A stretch of 63,938 nucleotides of DNA, counting the filler, from Phoronis australis (lineage: Eukaryota > Animalia > Phoronida): NCBI GenBank assembly GCA_002633005.1. It is 7 parts of 7 records of this genome, joined end to end, with 100 filler letters (N's around TTAATTAATTAA, not from the genome) between each part and the next. Parts side by side here need not be neighbours in the genome. Positions count along the whole stretch, not along the records: positions 62,515 to 63,938 come from NMRA01000320.1; 6 more parts are not named here. One strand, written 5' to 3'. This document shows positions 62,956 to 63,938 of this stretch, piece by piece. Under the pieces are notes generated by a model. It searched no databases and was not told the origin of the DNA. It was given only the letters and a program-made list of their open reading frames with translations. A program made the position numbers and the translations under genes. How positions within the stretch are numbered: position 1 is the first letter of the stretch; each line of letters starts with the position of its first letter.

Positions 62956-63190
62956 CCTCTTCGAAATAAGCCCCGAAGTCAAGTCCTTATTTTCATTTAT
63001 CAATGGGTCGGAAACAAATGATGAACTCCGAGAGAGCCCAGGAATAAACAAGCATGCAAATGATTTTGTCACCATAGTCGACAAAGCAATTCAGTTACTT
63101 TCTGGAAGTGAAACAGAGAAATTAACGCAAGAGTTTCAGGAGCTTGGACGAAAGCATCATGGTTTCGGAACAAGGAAGCATCATTTTCAG
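62956..63190 (+). CDS. Globin, central exon (LFEISPEVKSLFSF...NKHANDFVTIVDKAIQLL...LGRKHHGFGTRKHHFQ)
   Basis: Phase-2 acceptor at B12.2, C2 Pro, CD1 Phe, E7 His, F8 His, phase-0 donor at G7.0. Confidence 0.92.
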
Positions 63191-63571
63191 GTGAAATGAA
63201 ATGAAAGCTTAAGTTCGGTGATATGAATGTTCTGTTTGACATGACTGGAATATCTGTCTTTTTGCAGCGCTACCAGATAACATTGTGACGATATATAAAC
63301 ATAGGGCACCTTCCTTTGTTGATTTTCAGGATTTTTGTCAAAAGATTAGCTGGAATGAATGCAACTAATAGTGCCGAATATTTACAGACATGCGATAAGT
63401 TTCCAAGATTCCTGAAAAAGAAATCCGTAAAAAGACTAGCACGAACGAGCCTATAAGAAGTTTTGTATTAGGATTTTATTCACGATTCTCAGAAAACCTT
63501 GTTAATTTTACTCTGAAACTGGAAAGAACAAATTAAACGATATTGTATTTTTACCAGTTTTGTTTTTATAG

Positions 63572-63706
63572 GACATGGGGCGTGCTGTGTTAACGACTCT
63601 TGAAAACAAACTTGGAGAAGAATTTACCAAGGAAGTGTGTCAAGCGTGGATAGACGTTTTTGTAATGGCCATAGCTTCAACGATGGCGAAAGAAATGGAC
63701 GAGTGA
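63572..63706 (+). CDS. Globin, terminal exon (DMGRAVLTTLENKLGEEFTKEVCQAWIDVFVMAIASTMAKEMDE*)
   Basis: tttttatag acceptor; LG..FT.E...AW H-helix motif. Confidence 0.92.
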   Translation, partial: DMGRAVLTTLENKLGEEFTKEVCQAWIDVFVMAIASTMAKEMDE

Positions 63707-63938
63707 AAACGTTGATGAACTTAGTGCTGTAACTGCCCGTGATATCATTCATTCTTCGTGATTTGCACAGCATTCAAACATAAAAATGTGACGTTGGGCT
63801 ATATATGACGTGATGTAACCAAACATGTGAACTCTTTGGAACACCTGTGACCGAAGATTTTGATTTTACAAGTTGTAGATGTCGGGCAGCAATGTGATAG
63901 AACACCCATTGCTCTAAAACCGTACCCCCCCCCCCCCC

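Overview
AT-rich, intron-containing eukaryotic DNA, most likely from a marine invertebrate animal (inferred from GT-AG genes and repeat types). The window is not one continuous molecule: six 100-bp N-TTAATTAATTAA-N linkers, one plain gap and several single-N joins break it up, so adjacency across these is unproven. Host genes read from spliced exons: the last five exons of a peroxisomal acyl-CoA oxidase ending in PTS1 'ARL' (-, 5006-8690); three exons of an F5/8 type C (discoidin) domain (+, 33962-35126); four 3' exons of a phospholipase C-beta (+, 38203-41113, partly duplicated, probably as a second haplotype); and exons 2-3 of a globin (+, 62956-63706). Most of the rest is transposon-derived. 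It includes a degenerate Gypsy element whose gag is split by a hAT-like insertion, a LINE RT fragment, an orphan SGNH-hydrolase ORF behind a ~295-bp tandem array, a 9-bp-TSD element with a nested element carrying ACCATGGT palindrome arrays, an IS3EU transposon, a Hero-type RLE retrotransposon with a highly structured 3' UTR, Helentron-like (HINE) repeats with periodic CTCF-like motifs, many MITEs and a tRNA-derived SINE. I cannot demonstrate a new biological system from sequence alone. The best leads are the CTCF-motif array, the Hero 3' UTR RNA structure, the tandem array plus SGNH cassette and the palindrome-array element.
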